Both the position numbers and the translations under genes were made by a program. Below, piece by piece: positions 1 to 9,074 of a DNA stretch of 54,725 bases; within the stretch, counting starts at the first letter, position 1; every line of letters begins with the position of its first letter. The notes under the pieces are model-generated. The model was not told the DNA's origin. It made no database searches and saw nothing but the letters and a program-made list of their open reading frames with translations. This stretch comes from Thermoanaerobaculia bacterium (lineage in GTDB: Bacteria > Acidobacteriota > Thermoanaerobaculia > UBA5066): contig DATIFW010000253.1 in the NCBI GenBank assembly GCA_035455045.1, positions 1 through 54,725 of the forward strand, written 5' to 3'.

Positions 1-286
1 GCTCGCGGTCGGGAACGAGGCCGTTCTTCGGATTCGTCTTTTCCCAGAACCAGCGGAAAGTGCGCTGCTCGAGGTCGTCGAGGAAAGCGACGTCTTCGGC
101 CGAGAGGCGAACCTTCTGCCGCGCGACCTCGGCGGGCCGGAATTCGACCGGCGGTCCGAGCGGGCGCGCGCAGGCCGCGACCAGAGAAAAGGCCAAGCCG
201 GCACAAACGAGGAATCGGGCCCGCGCACTCGCGCGGGCCCGACCTGTGTGCCGGTGAGAAGGCCGGATGCCGGCGGCCGATCTCAC
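1..286 (-). CDS. 3'-truncated lipoprotein gene running off the window start; N-terminal region resembles glucoamylase-like / DUF3131 (GH144-type) proteins
   Basis: Not in the supplied ORF track because it is open at the window edge. My minus-strand translation: ...RFLVCAGLAFSLVAACARPLGPPVEFRPAEVARQKVRLSAEDVAFLDDLEQRTFRWFWEKTNPKNGLVPDRE. Lipobox-like LVAAC. Candidate GTG start at 286, 5 nt after the receptor stop; start uncertain. Family call is from my memory of the N-terminal motif only. Confidence 0.45.
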   Translation of the reverse strand, partial: MRSAAGIRPSHRHTGRARASARARFLVCAGLAFSLVAACARPLGPPVEFRPAEVARQKVRLSAEDVAFLDDLEQRTFRWFWEKTNPKNGLVPDRE

Positions 287-290
287 ACGA

Positions 291-3110
291 TCAGAAACCG
301 AAATTGACGCCGAATTGGACCCGGCGCGGGTTGATCGCCGCGCTTGCCTTGCCGAAATTGGGGTTGGTCCCCGTTTGAGGAATGCTGCCGTTGATCGAGT
401 TCGGATCGTAGTTGACGTAGTTGAAGAGATTGATGACCTCGGCTAGGACGCCGAAGTTGTAGGAGCCGGCGAACGTGAACCGCTTCTCGAGCCTGACGTC
501 GATGCTCTGGGACCATTTCGGCGGGTCGCCTCCGCCCGGCTTCTGGAGCGTGCGATCCGGGTTCGGACGCTGTGAGTCGTCGAAGATCTGGAACGGAAAG
601 CCCGAGCCGAGACTGATGAGGGTGCTCAGGCGGAAGTCGAACGGCAGCGCCGCGATGCCCGTGACGAGGATCGTGTGGGTCTGGTCGTTCGGTGTCCGAT
701 GAAAGCCGTAGGCTCTCGGGTTTGCGTAGTCCAGGCTGAAGAGGTCGTTGCCGGTCTGCTCGGCTTTGCCGTAGACGTATGAAAGGGACGCGCCCCACCC
801 CGAGCTCGCCGTGAAGGGCTTGTCGGCGCTGACCTGGAGGGCGTTGTACCGGCCTTCCTTGCCGGCGGAGAGGAGCTGAGTGCTGTACCCCGGCGTGAGG
901 CCGCCGAAGATGCACGTGCCGTCGGGTCTCTGGGTCCCGCAGGTCCACGTGAGCTGGTTCCGGCTCTTGACCCCGACGTAGGCGACCGACGCGAGGAGCC
1001 CGCCAAAATCGTGCCGAACGCCGAGGCTCCACTGGTCCGACGAAGGGGGCTTCGTGTTGTTGTCGAGGAGGAAGACTTCCGGCTTCGGGGCGTTCCCGCT
1101 CGCGATCAGGGACTGCAGGCCGGCGACGGTCATGTATTGCGGCTGCCAGATGATGGACGTCGGGAAACCCTCGATTCCGTGGCCGTCGTCCGTGAACACG
1201 AAGGTCAGGACCTGGTACTGGAGCCGGTATTTCTCGTCGAGGATGTCGTTGTAGGTGGTGCGGTCGTAGTACCTTCCGAAGGCGCCGAAGGCGACCGTCT
1301 TGCTGTCGCCCGTGACGTCGAACGAAAGGCCGATTCGCGGCTGGAGCGCGCCGTAGTAGGTGCTGCGATTCGTCCCGTCGGTGAAGAAGTTCGAGGAGTA
1401 CCTCGAGCCGAACGCATCCCGGATCGCCTGCGGCGTGACGTAGTTGTTGTTCAACATGTCCGTCTCGAAGTCCCACCTGAGGCCGATGTTCGCCGTCAGG
1501 CGCGGGTTGACCCGCCAGTCGTCCTGGACGTAGACGCCGAACTGCCGGTTGACGGTCGAGACGTTGGGGTCGCCGAAGCCGTACAGCGCCTTGAAGGGAT
1601 GGGCCGAGCCGTACCCGATGAAGTAGTCGTATTCAGGGTTTCCAAACTGTTGCTTGACGACGTCGTACTTCAGGTAGTCGAAGGTGACGCCTCCCTTGAT
1701 GACATGGTTGCCCAGCCCCTGCAGGCTCAGGAGCGTCACGTCGTCGCGAATCGCGTAGCGGTCCTGCGTGAAGTTCTGCGGCGTGGTCCTCCCACCGATT
1801 TGCAGGAGGCCGAAGTAGTTCTGGTTGACGAGGTCCGGGTTCGCGGGCGTCGGATTCCATTTGGAGCGCTGGTAGCTGAGGGTCGCCTCGTTCAGGAAGT
1901 TCCCTTTCAGCAGCGTGTGCTTGGCGACCGCCGTGCCGGCGTCGTTCTTCGCATCCTCCGCGCTCTGGAAGCTCGTCTGGTTCCCGAAGCCGCGGATATC
2001 CGTCTCGTGTCGCCAGTTTCCCGAGAGGTCGAGGGCGGCCCCGTCGCCGAGCACGAAACTGAGCTTCCCGAAGAGGAGAGTCTCCCGGAAGTTCGACGGG
2101 TAGAGCCCGAGGTACGGCCTCAGCTGGTCCTTCAGGGCGTCCGGCCACGGGTCGCCGCCGAAGAAGACCTCGCTCTCGCGGTCCTGGTAGTTCCCCTCGT
2201 AGGAGAAGAAGAAATGGACCTTGTCCTTGGCGATCGGCCCGCCGATCGACAGGCCGGGCTGCCAGCGCGTGTACTCGGGCTTGGGCGTTCCGCGCTGGGC
2301 CGAGAAGAAGTCCTGGGCGACGAGGCTCTTGTTCTGGTAGAAGGCGAACACGTCGCCGTGCAATTCGTTGCCGCCGGACTTGGTCACCGCGGAAATGATG
2401 GCGCTCGAGGCCTTCTGGTATTCGGCCTTGTAGTTCTGCGTGATGACGCGGAACTCCTGGATGGCGTTCTGCGGGAACGGGTTCCCCCTGCTCGAATCCT
2501 GGCCGGCGGTACCCCCTTCGAGCATGTCCGCCTTGTAGCTGGCGCCGTCGACGAAGACGTTGATGTTGCGGGAGCCCTGGGGACCGTACGAAAAGTCCTG
2601 CTTCAGCTCATTGGTATTGAGGCGCACGCCGGGCGCCAGGGCGGCGAAGTTCATGAAGTTCCGGGTCGACTGCGGCAGGCTCCGGATCTGTTCGGTCGTG
2701 ACGTTGGTCGCGACCTCCGCCGTGCGGACCTCGACTTCCGGCGCCGCTTCCGCGGTGACGCCGACCGCCGCGGTGGTCATCTTTCCCGGTTTCAGGTCGA
2801 AGTTGGACTCGATGACCTGGCCGACCTGAAGACGAAGCGTCGTCTTCTGCTCCTCGAAGGCCGTCGTTCCGCCGGCCGTCACCGTGTACGGCCCGGGCGG
2901 AAGGGTGAGGTTGAAGAGCCCGTCCGTTCCCGTGACCGTGGAGCGCTGCAAACCGCTCTCGGTGTTGACCGCCGTGATCGTGATGCCCGGCAGCGGTCCG
3001 GAGGCGTCGCGAACGGCGCCCTCGAGCCGCGCCGTCGTGGTCTGCGCGAGGGCGGGCACGCACGCGCAGAGCGCGCCCAGGAAAAGAAGACGTTGAAAGA
3101 GCTGTCTCAT
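291..3110 (-). CDS. TonB-dependent outer-membrane receptor, Oar-like, with N-terminal carboxypeptidase-regulatory-like domain
   Basis: 939-aa ORF. Signal peptide MRQLFQRLLFLGALCACVPALAQ, then the CarboxypepD_reg-type motif 'RLEGAVRDASGPLPGITITAVNTESGLQRSTVTGTDGLFNLTLPPGPYTVTA'. Long beta-barrel with C-terminal 'FGVNFGF'. ATG at 3110 overlaps the LacI stop (ATGA). GGAGGA lies upstream. Confidence 0.9.
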   Translation of the reverse strand: MRQLFQRLLFLGALCACVPALAQTTTARLEGAVRDASGPLPGITITAVNTESGLQRSTVTGTDGLFNLTLPPGPYTVTAGGTTAFEEQKTTLRLQVGQVIESNFDLKPGKMTTAAVGVTAEAAPEVEVRTAEVATNVTTEQIRSLPQSTRNFMNFAALAPGVRLNTNELKQDFSYGPQGSRNINVFVDGASYKADMLEGGTAGQDSSRGNPFPQNAIQEFRVITQNYKAEYQKASSAIISAVTKSGGNELHGDVFAFYQNKSLVAQDFFSAQRGTPKPEYTRWQPGLSIGGPIAKDKVHFFFSYEGNYQDRESEVFFGGDPWPDALKDQLRPYLGLYPSNFRETLLFGKLSFVLGDGAALDLSGNWRHETDIRGFGNQTSFQSAEDAKNDAGTAVAKHTLLKGNFLNEATLSYQRSKWNPTPANPDLVNQNYFGLLQIGGRTTPQNFTQDRYAIRDDVTLLSLQGLGNHVIKGGVTFDYLKYDVVKQQFGNPEYDYFIGYGSAHPFKALYGFGDPNVSTVNRQFGVYVQDDWRVNPRLTANIGLRWDFETDMLNNNYVTPQAIRDAFGSRYSSNFFTDGTNRSTYYGALQPRIGLSFDVTGDSKTVAFGAFGRYYDRTTYNDILDEKYRLQYQVLTFVFTDDGHGIEGFPTSIIWQPQYMTVAGLQSLIASGNAPKPEVFLLDNNTKPPSSDQWSLGVRHDFGGLLASVAYVGVKSRNQLTWTCGTQRPDGTCIFGGLTPGYSTQLLSAGKEGRYNALQVSADKPFTASSGWGASLSYVYGKAEQTGNDLFSLDYANPRAYGFHRTPNDQTHTILVTGIAALPFDFRLSTLISLGSGFPFQIFDDSQRPNPDRTLQKPGGGDPPKWSQSIDVRLEKRFTFAGSYNFGVLAEVINLFNYVNYDPNSINGSIPQTGTNPNFGKASAAINPRRVQFGVNFGF

Positions 3111-4234
3111 TGATCCTTCCTCCTTGTACGAAAGTGACGAGACGAGGCCGTTGGTTTTGGGGAGCGGCTGCCGGACGAGCGCCGCGCGACGAGGCGGGTC
3201 GGCAGGGTTTCATGGCGGGGGACGTGGCGGCGTGGGTCCTCGAGAGCGGCGAGCAGGCGCTTCATCGCGCACGCGCCGAGGTCCGCGATCGAGACCGCGA
3301 CGGAGGACAGGGGTGGCGTCATGAAGCGCGCGATCGGGATGTCGTCGAACCCGCCGACCGCGATGTCGCCGGGAACCCGGACTCCCATCTCCTGGAAGGC
3401 GCTCAGGAGGCCGATTGCCATGGAATCGTTCGCCGCGAAGATCGCCGTGGGCCGAGGCTTCATCCCGAGCACGAGGCGGGCCGCCCGGTAGCCGGACTCT
3501 TCGGTGAAGTCGCCCGCGACCTCGAGCTCGCGTGCGTCTTCCACGCCTCGAGCCCGGACGGCGCGCCGGTATCCGCGGAGGCGCTCCCGCGCGTCCCAGT
3601 TGTCGGCAGGCCCGGTCACGTGCGCGATGCGACGATGGCCGAGCGTGACGAGGTGCGTCACCATCGCGGCGGCGCCGCCCTCGTTGTCGATGTTGATCGA
3701 ATCGAAGGCCGCCCCGTCCACGGCGCAGTTCAGGAGCATGACGGGCCAGCCTTCGGGGAGGTTCGCGCTCAAGGTCGGCCCGGCGACGTTCGGGGACATG
3801 ACCACGAGCCCGTCCACGCGGCCGCGCATCGCGCGGAGCGCCGTCTCGGCCTGGGCCCGGTCGCCGTGCGAGCCCGATACGAGGAGCTGGTATCCGGCCG
3901 GGCGCGCCGCGCGATCGATGCCGCGGATCGCCTCGGAGAAGAACTCCCCGAAGAGATCCGGCAAGAGGACGCCGATCGCGTTCGTCCGGCGCGTGATGAG
4001 GCTCCGGGCGCCGCCGTGGGGGACGTAGCGCAGCCGGTCGGCGGCCGCGTGGACACGGTGGCTCGTGTCGTCGCGCACCGGCCCTTTCCCGTTCAGAACG
4101 CGTGAGACCGTCGCGACGGAAACGCCGGCGGCCCGCGCGACCTCGCGGATCGTCGCGCTCCTGGCATCCGTCTCCCGACGGCCGCTCCTGGGTCGTGGGC
4201 GCCGGGTCTCCGGGGTGATCCGCGAGTCTCGCAT
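3107..4234 (-). CDS. LacI-family transcriptional regulator
   Basis: HTH 'ATIREVARAAGVSVATVSRVLNG' followed by a periplasmic-binding-fold sugar sensor domain. I place the start at ATG 4234 (MRDSRITPE...), not the track's 4591, because the longer version would read through the operator palindrome and the start of the divergent gene. Confidence 0.9.
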   Translation of the reverse strand: MRDSRITPETRRPRPRSGRRETDARSATIREVARAAGVSVATVSRVLNGKGPVRDDTSHRVHAAADRLRYVPHGGARSLITRRTNAIGVLLPDLFGEFFSEAIRGIDRAARPAGYQLLVSGSHGDRAQAETALRAMRGRVDGLVVMSPNVAGPTLSANLPEGWPVMLLNCAVDGAAFDSINIDNEGGAAAMVTHLVTLGHRRIAHVTGPADNWDARERLRGYRRAVRARGVEDARELEVAGDFTEESGYRAARLVLGMKPRPTAIFAANDSMAIGLLSAFQEMGVRVPGDIAVGGFDDIPIARFMTPPLSSVAVSIADLGACAMKRLLAALEDPRRHVPRHETLPTRLVARRSSGSRSPKPTASSRHFRTRRKDQ

Positions 4235-4241
4235 TGCGCCG

Positions 4242-4257
4242 ATGTAAACGTTTACAT
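4242..4257. promoter_or_regulatory. Perfect 16-bp palindrome ATGTAAACGTTTACAT, a LacI-family operator candidate
   Basis: Seen directly. It lies 8 nt upstream of the LacI start and about 105 nt upstream of the divergent ABC ATPase start. It matches the general LacI/GalR operator shape TGnAAnCGnTTnCA. It is the most AT-rich spot of this intergenic region. Confidence 0.7.
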
Positions 4258-4361
4258 TCTGGTAAGCGCGGATCCCCGTGTCAAGGCCCATCGCGAGGCC
4301 CGGGGGGTCCGCGGGCGTCGACGCGGCAGGCCTGGGCCTAACATCGGGCCGAGGAGGACGG

Positions 4362-5456
4362 GTGGCCGGAGTCCGTCTGGAGAAGGTCGGCAAGACGTAC
4401 GGAGGGACGCGCGTCCTGTCGGGACTCGACCTCGACGTGGCGGCCGGCGAGTTCCTCGTCCTCGTGGGGCCTTCGGGATGCGGAAAGTCGACCGCCCTGC
4501 GCCTCATCGCGGGCCTCGACGAGCCGACCGAAGGCACGATCTCGATCGGCGGCCGGGTCGTCAACGGCGTACCCCCGCGGGAGCGGGACATCGCGATGGT
4601 CTTCCAGAGCTACGCGCTCTACCCGCACATGACCGTCCGCGAGAATCTCTCGTTCGGCCTCGAGATGCGCAAGGTGCCGCGCCAGGAGGCGGACGCGCGG
4701 CTCCGCGACGCGGCCGAGTACCTCGGCCTCTCGTCCTATCTCGACCGCACGCCGCGTCAGCTCTCCGGTGGACAGCGCCAGCGCGTCGCGCTCGGGCGCG
4801 CCCTGGTGCGCAGGCCCGCGCTCTTCCTCTTCGACGAGCCGCTCTCGAACCTCGACGCCGCGCTCCGCGTTCAGATGCGGGCCGAGCTCGCGAAGCTGCA
4901 GGAGCGCTACGCCACGACGTCGATCTACGTCACTCACGACCAGGTCGAGGCGATGACTCTGGGCCATCGGATCGCCGTTCTCAACGACGGAGTTCTCCAG
5001 CAGGTCGGCGCGCCGCTCGACGTCTATCGGAACCCCGAAAACCTCTTCGTGGCGGGCTTCCTCGGCACGCCCCCGATCAACCGGCTGAAGGCTCGTGTGG
5101 AGCAGGAGGGCGCCGTCCTTTCCGGAGACGGGTTCGTCCTGCCGATCCCGTCCGCCCTGCGCGCGAGCACGGCCGGACGCGACGGCCTCCGCGTCGTGGT
5201 GGGCATCCGGCCCGAGCACCTCCACGAGGAGTCCGGTCCCGGACGCGCCCCTCTCGAGGTGCGTGTCGTCATGGTCGAGCCGCTCGGCCACGAGGTCATC
5301 GTCCACGGACGCGTGGGGGCTCCTCCCGGCGCCGCCGTGGCGGCCCGCGTCGCGCCGGCGCGCCCGCCCGAATCCGGCGCGCCCCTCGCGCTTCACGCGG
5401 AGGTCGCCGCCCTCCAGCTCTTCGACGCCGATACGGGCCGCCGTCTCGCCGCCTGA
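4362..5456 (+). CDS. Sugar ABC transporter ATP-binding protein (MalK/UgpC/MsiK type) with C-terminal TOBE-like regulatory domain
   Basis: Walker A 'GPSGCGKST', signature 'LSGGQRQRVALGRAL', Walker B 'LFLFDEPLSNLD'. I prefer GTG 4362, preceded by GAGGAGGA at 4351-4358, over the track start at 4278. Confidence 0.9.
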   Translation: MAGVRLEKVGKTYGGTRVLSGLDLDVAAGEFLVLVGPSGCGKSTALRLIAGLDEPTEGTISIGGRVVNGVPPRERDIAMVFQSYALYPHMTVRENLSFGLEMRKVPRQEADARLRDAAEYLGLSSYLDRTPRQLSGGQRQRVALGRALVRRPALFLFDEPLSNLDAALRVQMRAELAKLQERYATTSIYVTHDQVEAMTLGHRIAVLNDGVLQQVGAPLDVYRNPENLFVAGFLGTPPINRLKARVEQEGAVLSGDGFVLPIPSALRASTAGRDGLRVVVGIRPEHLHEESGPGRAPLEVRVVMVEPLGHEVIVHGRVGAPPGAAVAARVAPARPPESGAPLALHAEVAALQLFDADTGRRLAA

Positions 5457-5491
5457 CGGCGCGCGGCCGCGCAGCGGTCGGCGGGTGGGAC

Positions 5492-6253
5492 TCAGCTCGT
5501 GATCGAGATCGAGGTTCCGCCCCAGACGTCGAGGACCGCTCCCGAGATCGCGGCCGCCGCGGGGGACACCAGGAAGAGAGCGGCCTCGGCGACGTCGTGC
5601 GCATCGAGCTTTTCCCGAAGAGGCGCCGCGCGGCGCCGGCCGGTCATCTCGAGGCTCTTGTTGTCCGTGGAGCCCGGACAGATCGCGTTGACGGTCACGC
5701 CCGCGCCGCGCAGCTCGGCGGCGAGCGCTTTCGTGAAGCCCACGAGCCCGAACTTCGCGGCGCAGTGGGCCACGACGTTCGCCTCGCCGATCGTGCCGTG
5801 AATGGACGCGACGTTGATGATCCGCCCGCGGCCGCACGCGACGAGAGCCGGCAATGCGGCGTGCACGAGCAGATAGCTCGCCTTGAGGTTCGTGTCGAGG
5901 ATGCGGTCCCACTCGCTCTCCTCGAGATTCGCGAGCGCCTTCCACACGAAGACGCCCGCGTTGTTCACGACGATGTCCAGGCGCCCTGTGGCTTCCCGGG
6001 TCCTCTCGACGAGCGCCTCGACCGCGGTTTTGGACGTCACGTCCGTCGCGAGCGCCAGCGCCTTTCCGCCCGCGCCCTCGATCTCCCTCCTCGTGCGCTC
6101 GACCTCGTCCGCCGAGCGCGACGCGGCGGCGACGGTGGCCCCCGCGCCGGCCAGAACGAGGGCGATCGCACGGCCGAGGCCGCGCCCCGCGCCGGTCACG
6201 ATGGCGGTCTCGCCCTCGAGAATCCGCGCGCGCGTGCCTTCCGTCCCGGGCAT
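5492..6253 (-). CDS. Short-chain dehydrogenase/reductase (SDR, FabG-like)
   Basis: 'AIVTGAGRGLGRAIA' (TGxxxGxG), 'NNAG', and the catalytic region in 'HCAAKFGLVGFTKALA' (YxxxK position, with H in place of Y). Confidence 0.85.
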   Translation of the reverse strand: MPGTEGTRARILEGETAIVTGAGRGLGRAIALVLAGAGATVAAASRSADEVERTRREIEGAGGKALALATDVTSKTAVEALVERTREATGRLDIVVNNAGVFVWKALANLEESEWDRILDTNLKASYLLVHAALPALVACGRGRIINVASIHGTIGEANVVAHCAAKFGLVGFTKALAAELRGAGVTVNAICPGSTDNKSLEMTGRRRAAPLREKLDAHDVAEAALFLVSPAAAAISGAVLDVWGGTSISITS

Positions 6254-6289
6254 CTCGCAAGGTTAGCAGGCGCGCTCTAGAATGACCCC

Positions 6290-7174
6290 TTGACTCGACC
6301 CACGCTCGCCGCCACCGCTCTCCTCGCCGCTTTCTCGTGCCTCGGCGCTCACGCGTCGGCGTCCGGCCTCGAAGAGCGACTCCTCGTGCCGGCTCTTCCG
6401 GAAGCCGTGCGCGTCGTCGTGATGACGCCGCCTTCCTACCGGTCCGATCCCGCGCGGCGATTTCCGGTCCTTTATTTCCTCCACGACGGCCGTGGAGACG
6501 AGAACGTCTTCTTCGGCCAGGGACTCGCCGACGCGCTCGAGAAGGACATGCGCGAAGGACGCCTGCCCGAGATGCTCGTCGTCGTGCCTCGAGGCGTGGG
6601 GACCTGGTTCGTCGACGCGCCGGGCGGCGGCTCGCACTATGCGACGTTCCTCAACCGGACGCTCGTGCCGTACGTGGACGCGCGGTACCGCACGGTCGCC
6701 TCTCGCGGCGCTCGTCTCGTGGCCGGCATCTCGATGGGCGGCTACGGCGCCCTGCGCTGGGCTTTTGCGGAACCCGACCTTTTCTGCGCGGCCGGCGGGC
6801 TGTCACCCGCCGTCGAGCAGATGTGCTGGCCGGCGGTTCAGGCGATGCCCTTTTTCATCCGGCCGTCGCTCGAGAGGGCGTTCGGGATCGACCCGGTGAA
6901 AAACGTCCTCCGGCAGAACGATCTCTACGCCATGCTCCTGGACGACCCTCTCCTCGCGGCGCGCGTCCCCTTCCTTCACGTACGGTGCGGCACCGAGGAC
7001 AAGTACCGCCTCGGGGAGATCGTGTCCTTTCTCGACCGGTATCTCGACGCCTTCGCGATTCCCCACTCCGTCGTTCTGGAAACCGGAGTGCACGACTGGC
7101 CGTACTGGAGAAGGGTGTTTCCCGAGTTCGTGCGCACGCTTTCGACCCGCCTGACTCCGCCGGGGGTGCCGTGA
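6290..7174 (+). CDS. Secreted esterase-family alpha/beta hydrolase (PF00756-like)
   Basis: TTG start, signal peptide 'LLAAFSCLGAHASA', 'FPVLYFLHDGRG', nucleophile elbow 'GISMGG'. Confidence 0.8.
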   Translation: MTRPTLAATALLAAFSCLGAHASASGLEERLLVPALPEAVRVVVMTPPSYRSDPARRFPVLYFLHDGRGDENVFFGQGLADALEKDMREGRLPEMLVVVPRGVGTWFVDAPGGGSHYATFLNRTLVPYVDARYRTVASRGARLVAGISMGGYGALRWAFAEPDLFCAAGGLSPAVEQMCWPAVQAMPFFIRPSLERAFGIDPVKNVLRQNDLYAMLLDDPLLAARVPFLHVRCGTEDKYRLGEIVSFLDRYLDAFAIPHSVVLETGVHDWPYWRRVFPEFVRTLSTRLTPPGVP

Positions 7175-7893
7175 GCGCGACGAGCGCCGCGCCGGGCGCC
7201 GTCGCCCAGAAGCGCCTCGTCCTGTTCGACGTCGACGGCACGCTGCTCTCGACCGGCCCCGCAGCGCGAACGACCTTCGCGTCCGCGCTCCAGGACGTCT
7301 ACGGCACGAGCGGGGACGTCGCGGGCTACGCCTTCGAAGGGCGCCTCGATCCCCTGATCGTGACCGACCTCATGCGCGCCGCGGGCGTGGCCGAGGAGAC
7401 GATCGCCGCGCGCCGCGCGGACGCGCTCGCGCTCTATCTCGACCGGCTCGAGGCCGCGCTCAAGGAGCGTCCTCCCGTTCTGAAGCCGGGAGTTCTCCCG
7501 CTTCTCGACGCACTCGAGAACGTCCCCGGCCTCGTCCTGGCGCTCCTGACGGGAAACGTGGAGCGCGGCGCGCGCCTGAAGCTCTCTTTCGCGGGCATCT
7601 GGCATCGCTTCGCGTTCGGCGTCTGGGGCGACGACGGCTCGTGCCGCGAGGACCTGGGACCGGTCGCGCTCACGCGCGCCCGACCCGCCACGGGCCTCTC
7701 CTTCGCGGGGAGAGAGTGCGTCGTGGTGGGCGACTCGCGACACGACGTCGCGTGCGGCCTCTCGCTCGGGGCGCGTGCCGTCGCCGTGGGCACGGGACGC
7801 ACCGCGCTGCCCGCCCTCCGCGCCGCCGGAGCGCACGCGCTCCTCACGGACTTCTCCGATACCTCCCGGGCGCTCGAGGCCATCCTTGGCTGA
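7171..7893 (+). CDS. HAD-superfamily hydrolase (phosphoglycolate phosphatase-like)
   Basis: 'LVLFDVDGTLL' (DxDGT motif I), 'LLTGN', 'VVGDSRHD'. GTG 7171 overlaps the esterase stop (GTGA). Confidence 0.85.
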   Translation: MSATSAAPGAVAQKRLVLFDVDGTLLSTGPAARTTFASALQDVYGTSGDVAGYAFEGRLDPLIVTDLMRAAGVAEETIAARRADALALYLDRLEAALKERPPVLKPGVLPLLDALENVPGLVLALLTGNVERGARLKLSFAGIWHRFAFGVWGDDGSCREDLGPVALTRARPATGLSFAGRECVVVGDSRHDVACGLSLGARAVAVGTGRTALPALRAAGAHALLTDFSDTSRALEAILG

Positions 7894-9028
7894 CTCGAGT
7901 TCACCCCGCCGCTTCCGCCCCCTTGCCCCGGCGGCCGCCGCCGTCTTCGCGCTCTGGTCCCTTCCTTCAGCGCGGGCGGCCGACGCGCCTCCGGCTTCCC
8001 GCGCTTCGGGCCCCCCCTTCGACCTCGCGGCCCCGACGCCGCACAAGCTTTCGTTCACGATCGACACGGCGCCCGCGCGCGACGTCCTCGCGCTCCTGGG
8101 CGGCGCACCTGACGCGCCGGCGACGCTTCGTCACCTCAAGGCTTCCGCGAACGCCACGGCTGCCATCCGGGCCGAAGGCCTCTCGCCCGACGATTTCTAC
8201 GGGCGCCTCGTCTCGACGATCGCCGGCACGCCGGACCCCCTCCTGTCGACGTTCAAGGCCAAGATTCCGTATTTCACGCAGGTCCTCGATGTGATCGAGA
8301 CGGACGGGACGCCCGGGGCCGTCCTGGAGGGCCGGCGCATCGCGTCCCTTCTGCCCACCGCCACCCCCGTCACCGCGTCCTTCGTCATCGTGCCTTTTCT
8401 CGGCGTCTCGGGCTTCGCCGAAGTCTCGACCGTCCGCGACGGAGACCGGCTCGTCCTCTCCGCGGACCTGCCGCGCCTCACGGGCGATCTCGCCTCGGCG
8501 CCGATGCCGCGGGAAGTCGTCCTGAAGCTCCTTCGCGCCGCTTCCGCCGAGGGCTGGCGCTTCCTCTTCGAGACCCACGTGCGAAGAGCCCCGGCCTGGC
8601 CCGACGAGCGAGCCGCGGACTTCGACACGCTTCTGGCGCGGACGATCGCCGAGGGGCCCACCACGCTCTTCCTCATCCCCGACGACTTCTTCCCGATCAT
8701 CCCGCTCCTGGAGGAGCCGATCGTGCGCGCGTTCGCGCGGTGGAACCGCGCGGCGGACGTGCTCCTCGAAGGGAAGAGGAAGGAGTCCGAGCGTCAGGAG
8801 CTGTTCCTAAACGCGGGCAAGGGAGATTTCTGGAGCCGCTATCCCGCGATCGTGGGCGTGCAAATGACCGATGCGCTCCTGCGCCTTTCGGGGCGTGACA
8901 AGTACCTCGCCGCCCTCGCGGCCGGTCCGCGCGCCGTCGTGTCCCTCTACCTCGAGGTCACGAAGGGCAAGCGCCTGCCGGAGCTTTCGAAGGGCGCGAA
9001 AAAGGCGCTTGAAACGAGGAATCCCTAG
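7886..9028 (+). CDS. Secreted hypothetical protein
   Basis: Coherent, non-Arg-rich composition after a signal-like 'RFRPLAPAAAAVFALWSLPSARA'. Putative TTG start at 7886 overlaps the end of the HAD gene. I recognise no family. Confidence 0.55.
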   Translation: MADSSSPRRFRPLAPAAAAVFALWSLPSARAADAPPASRASGPPFDLAAPTPHKLSFTIDTAPARDVLALLGGAPDAPATLRHLKASANATAAIRAEGLSPDDFYGRLVSTIAGTPDPLLSTFKAKIPYFTQVLDVIETDGTPGAVLEGRRIASLLPTATPVTASFVIVPFLGVSGFAEVSTVRDGDRLVLSADLPRLTGDLASAPMPREVVLKLLRAASAEGWRFLFETHVRRAPAWPDERAADFDTLLARTIAEGPTTLFLIPDDFFPIIPLLEEPIVRAFARWNRAADVLLEGKRKESERQELFLNAGKGDFWSRYPAIVGVQMTDALLRLSGRDKYLAALAAGPRAVVSLYLEVTKGKRLPELSKGAKKALETRNP

Positions 9029-9074
9029 GAACCCGCCTGCGCAATCGCACGGGCCGGCGCGAGGAGGGATCTAG

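Noticed and set aside
1011-3113. 700-aa plus-strand ORF covering the TonB receptor region.
   Set aside because: It is antisense to a gene with clear receptor motifs. Its composition is dominated by R/V/E/D/G/A runs with no recognisable domain. This is a typical high-GC shadow ORF.
5457-5491. GCGCGGCCGCGC palindrome between the convergent ABC ATPase and SDR genes, as a possible terminator.
   Set aside because: It is a 12-bp self-complementary run with no loop and no U-tract. Such palindromes are common in GC-rich DNA.
4338-6280. 640-aa minus-strand and 600-aa plus-strand ORFs spanning the ABC ATPase and SDR genes.
   Set aside because: They are extremely Arg/Gly/Pro-rich with no motifs. They overlap two genes that have unambiguous Walker and Rossmann motifs in other frames.
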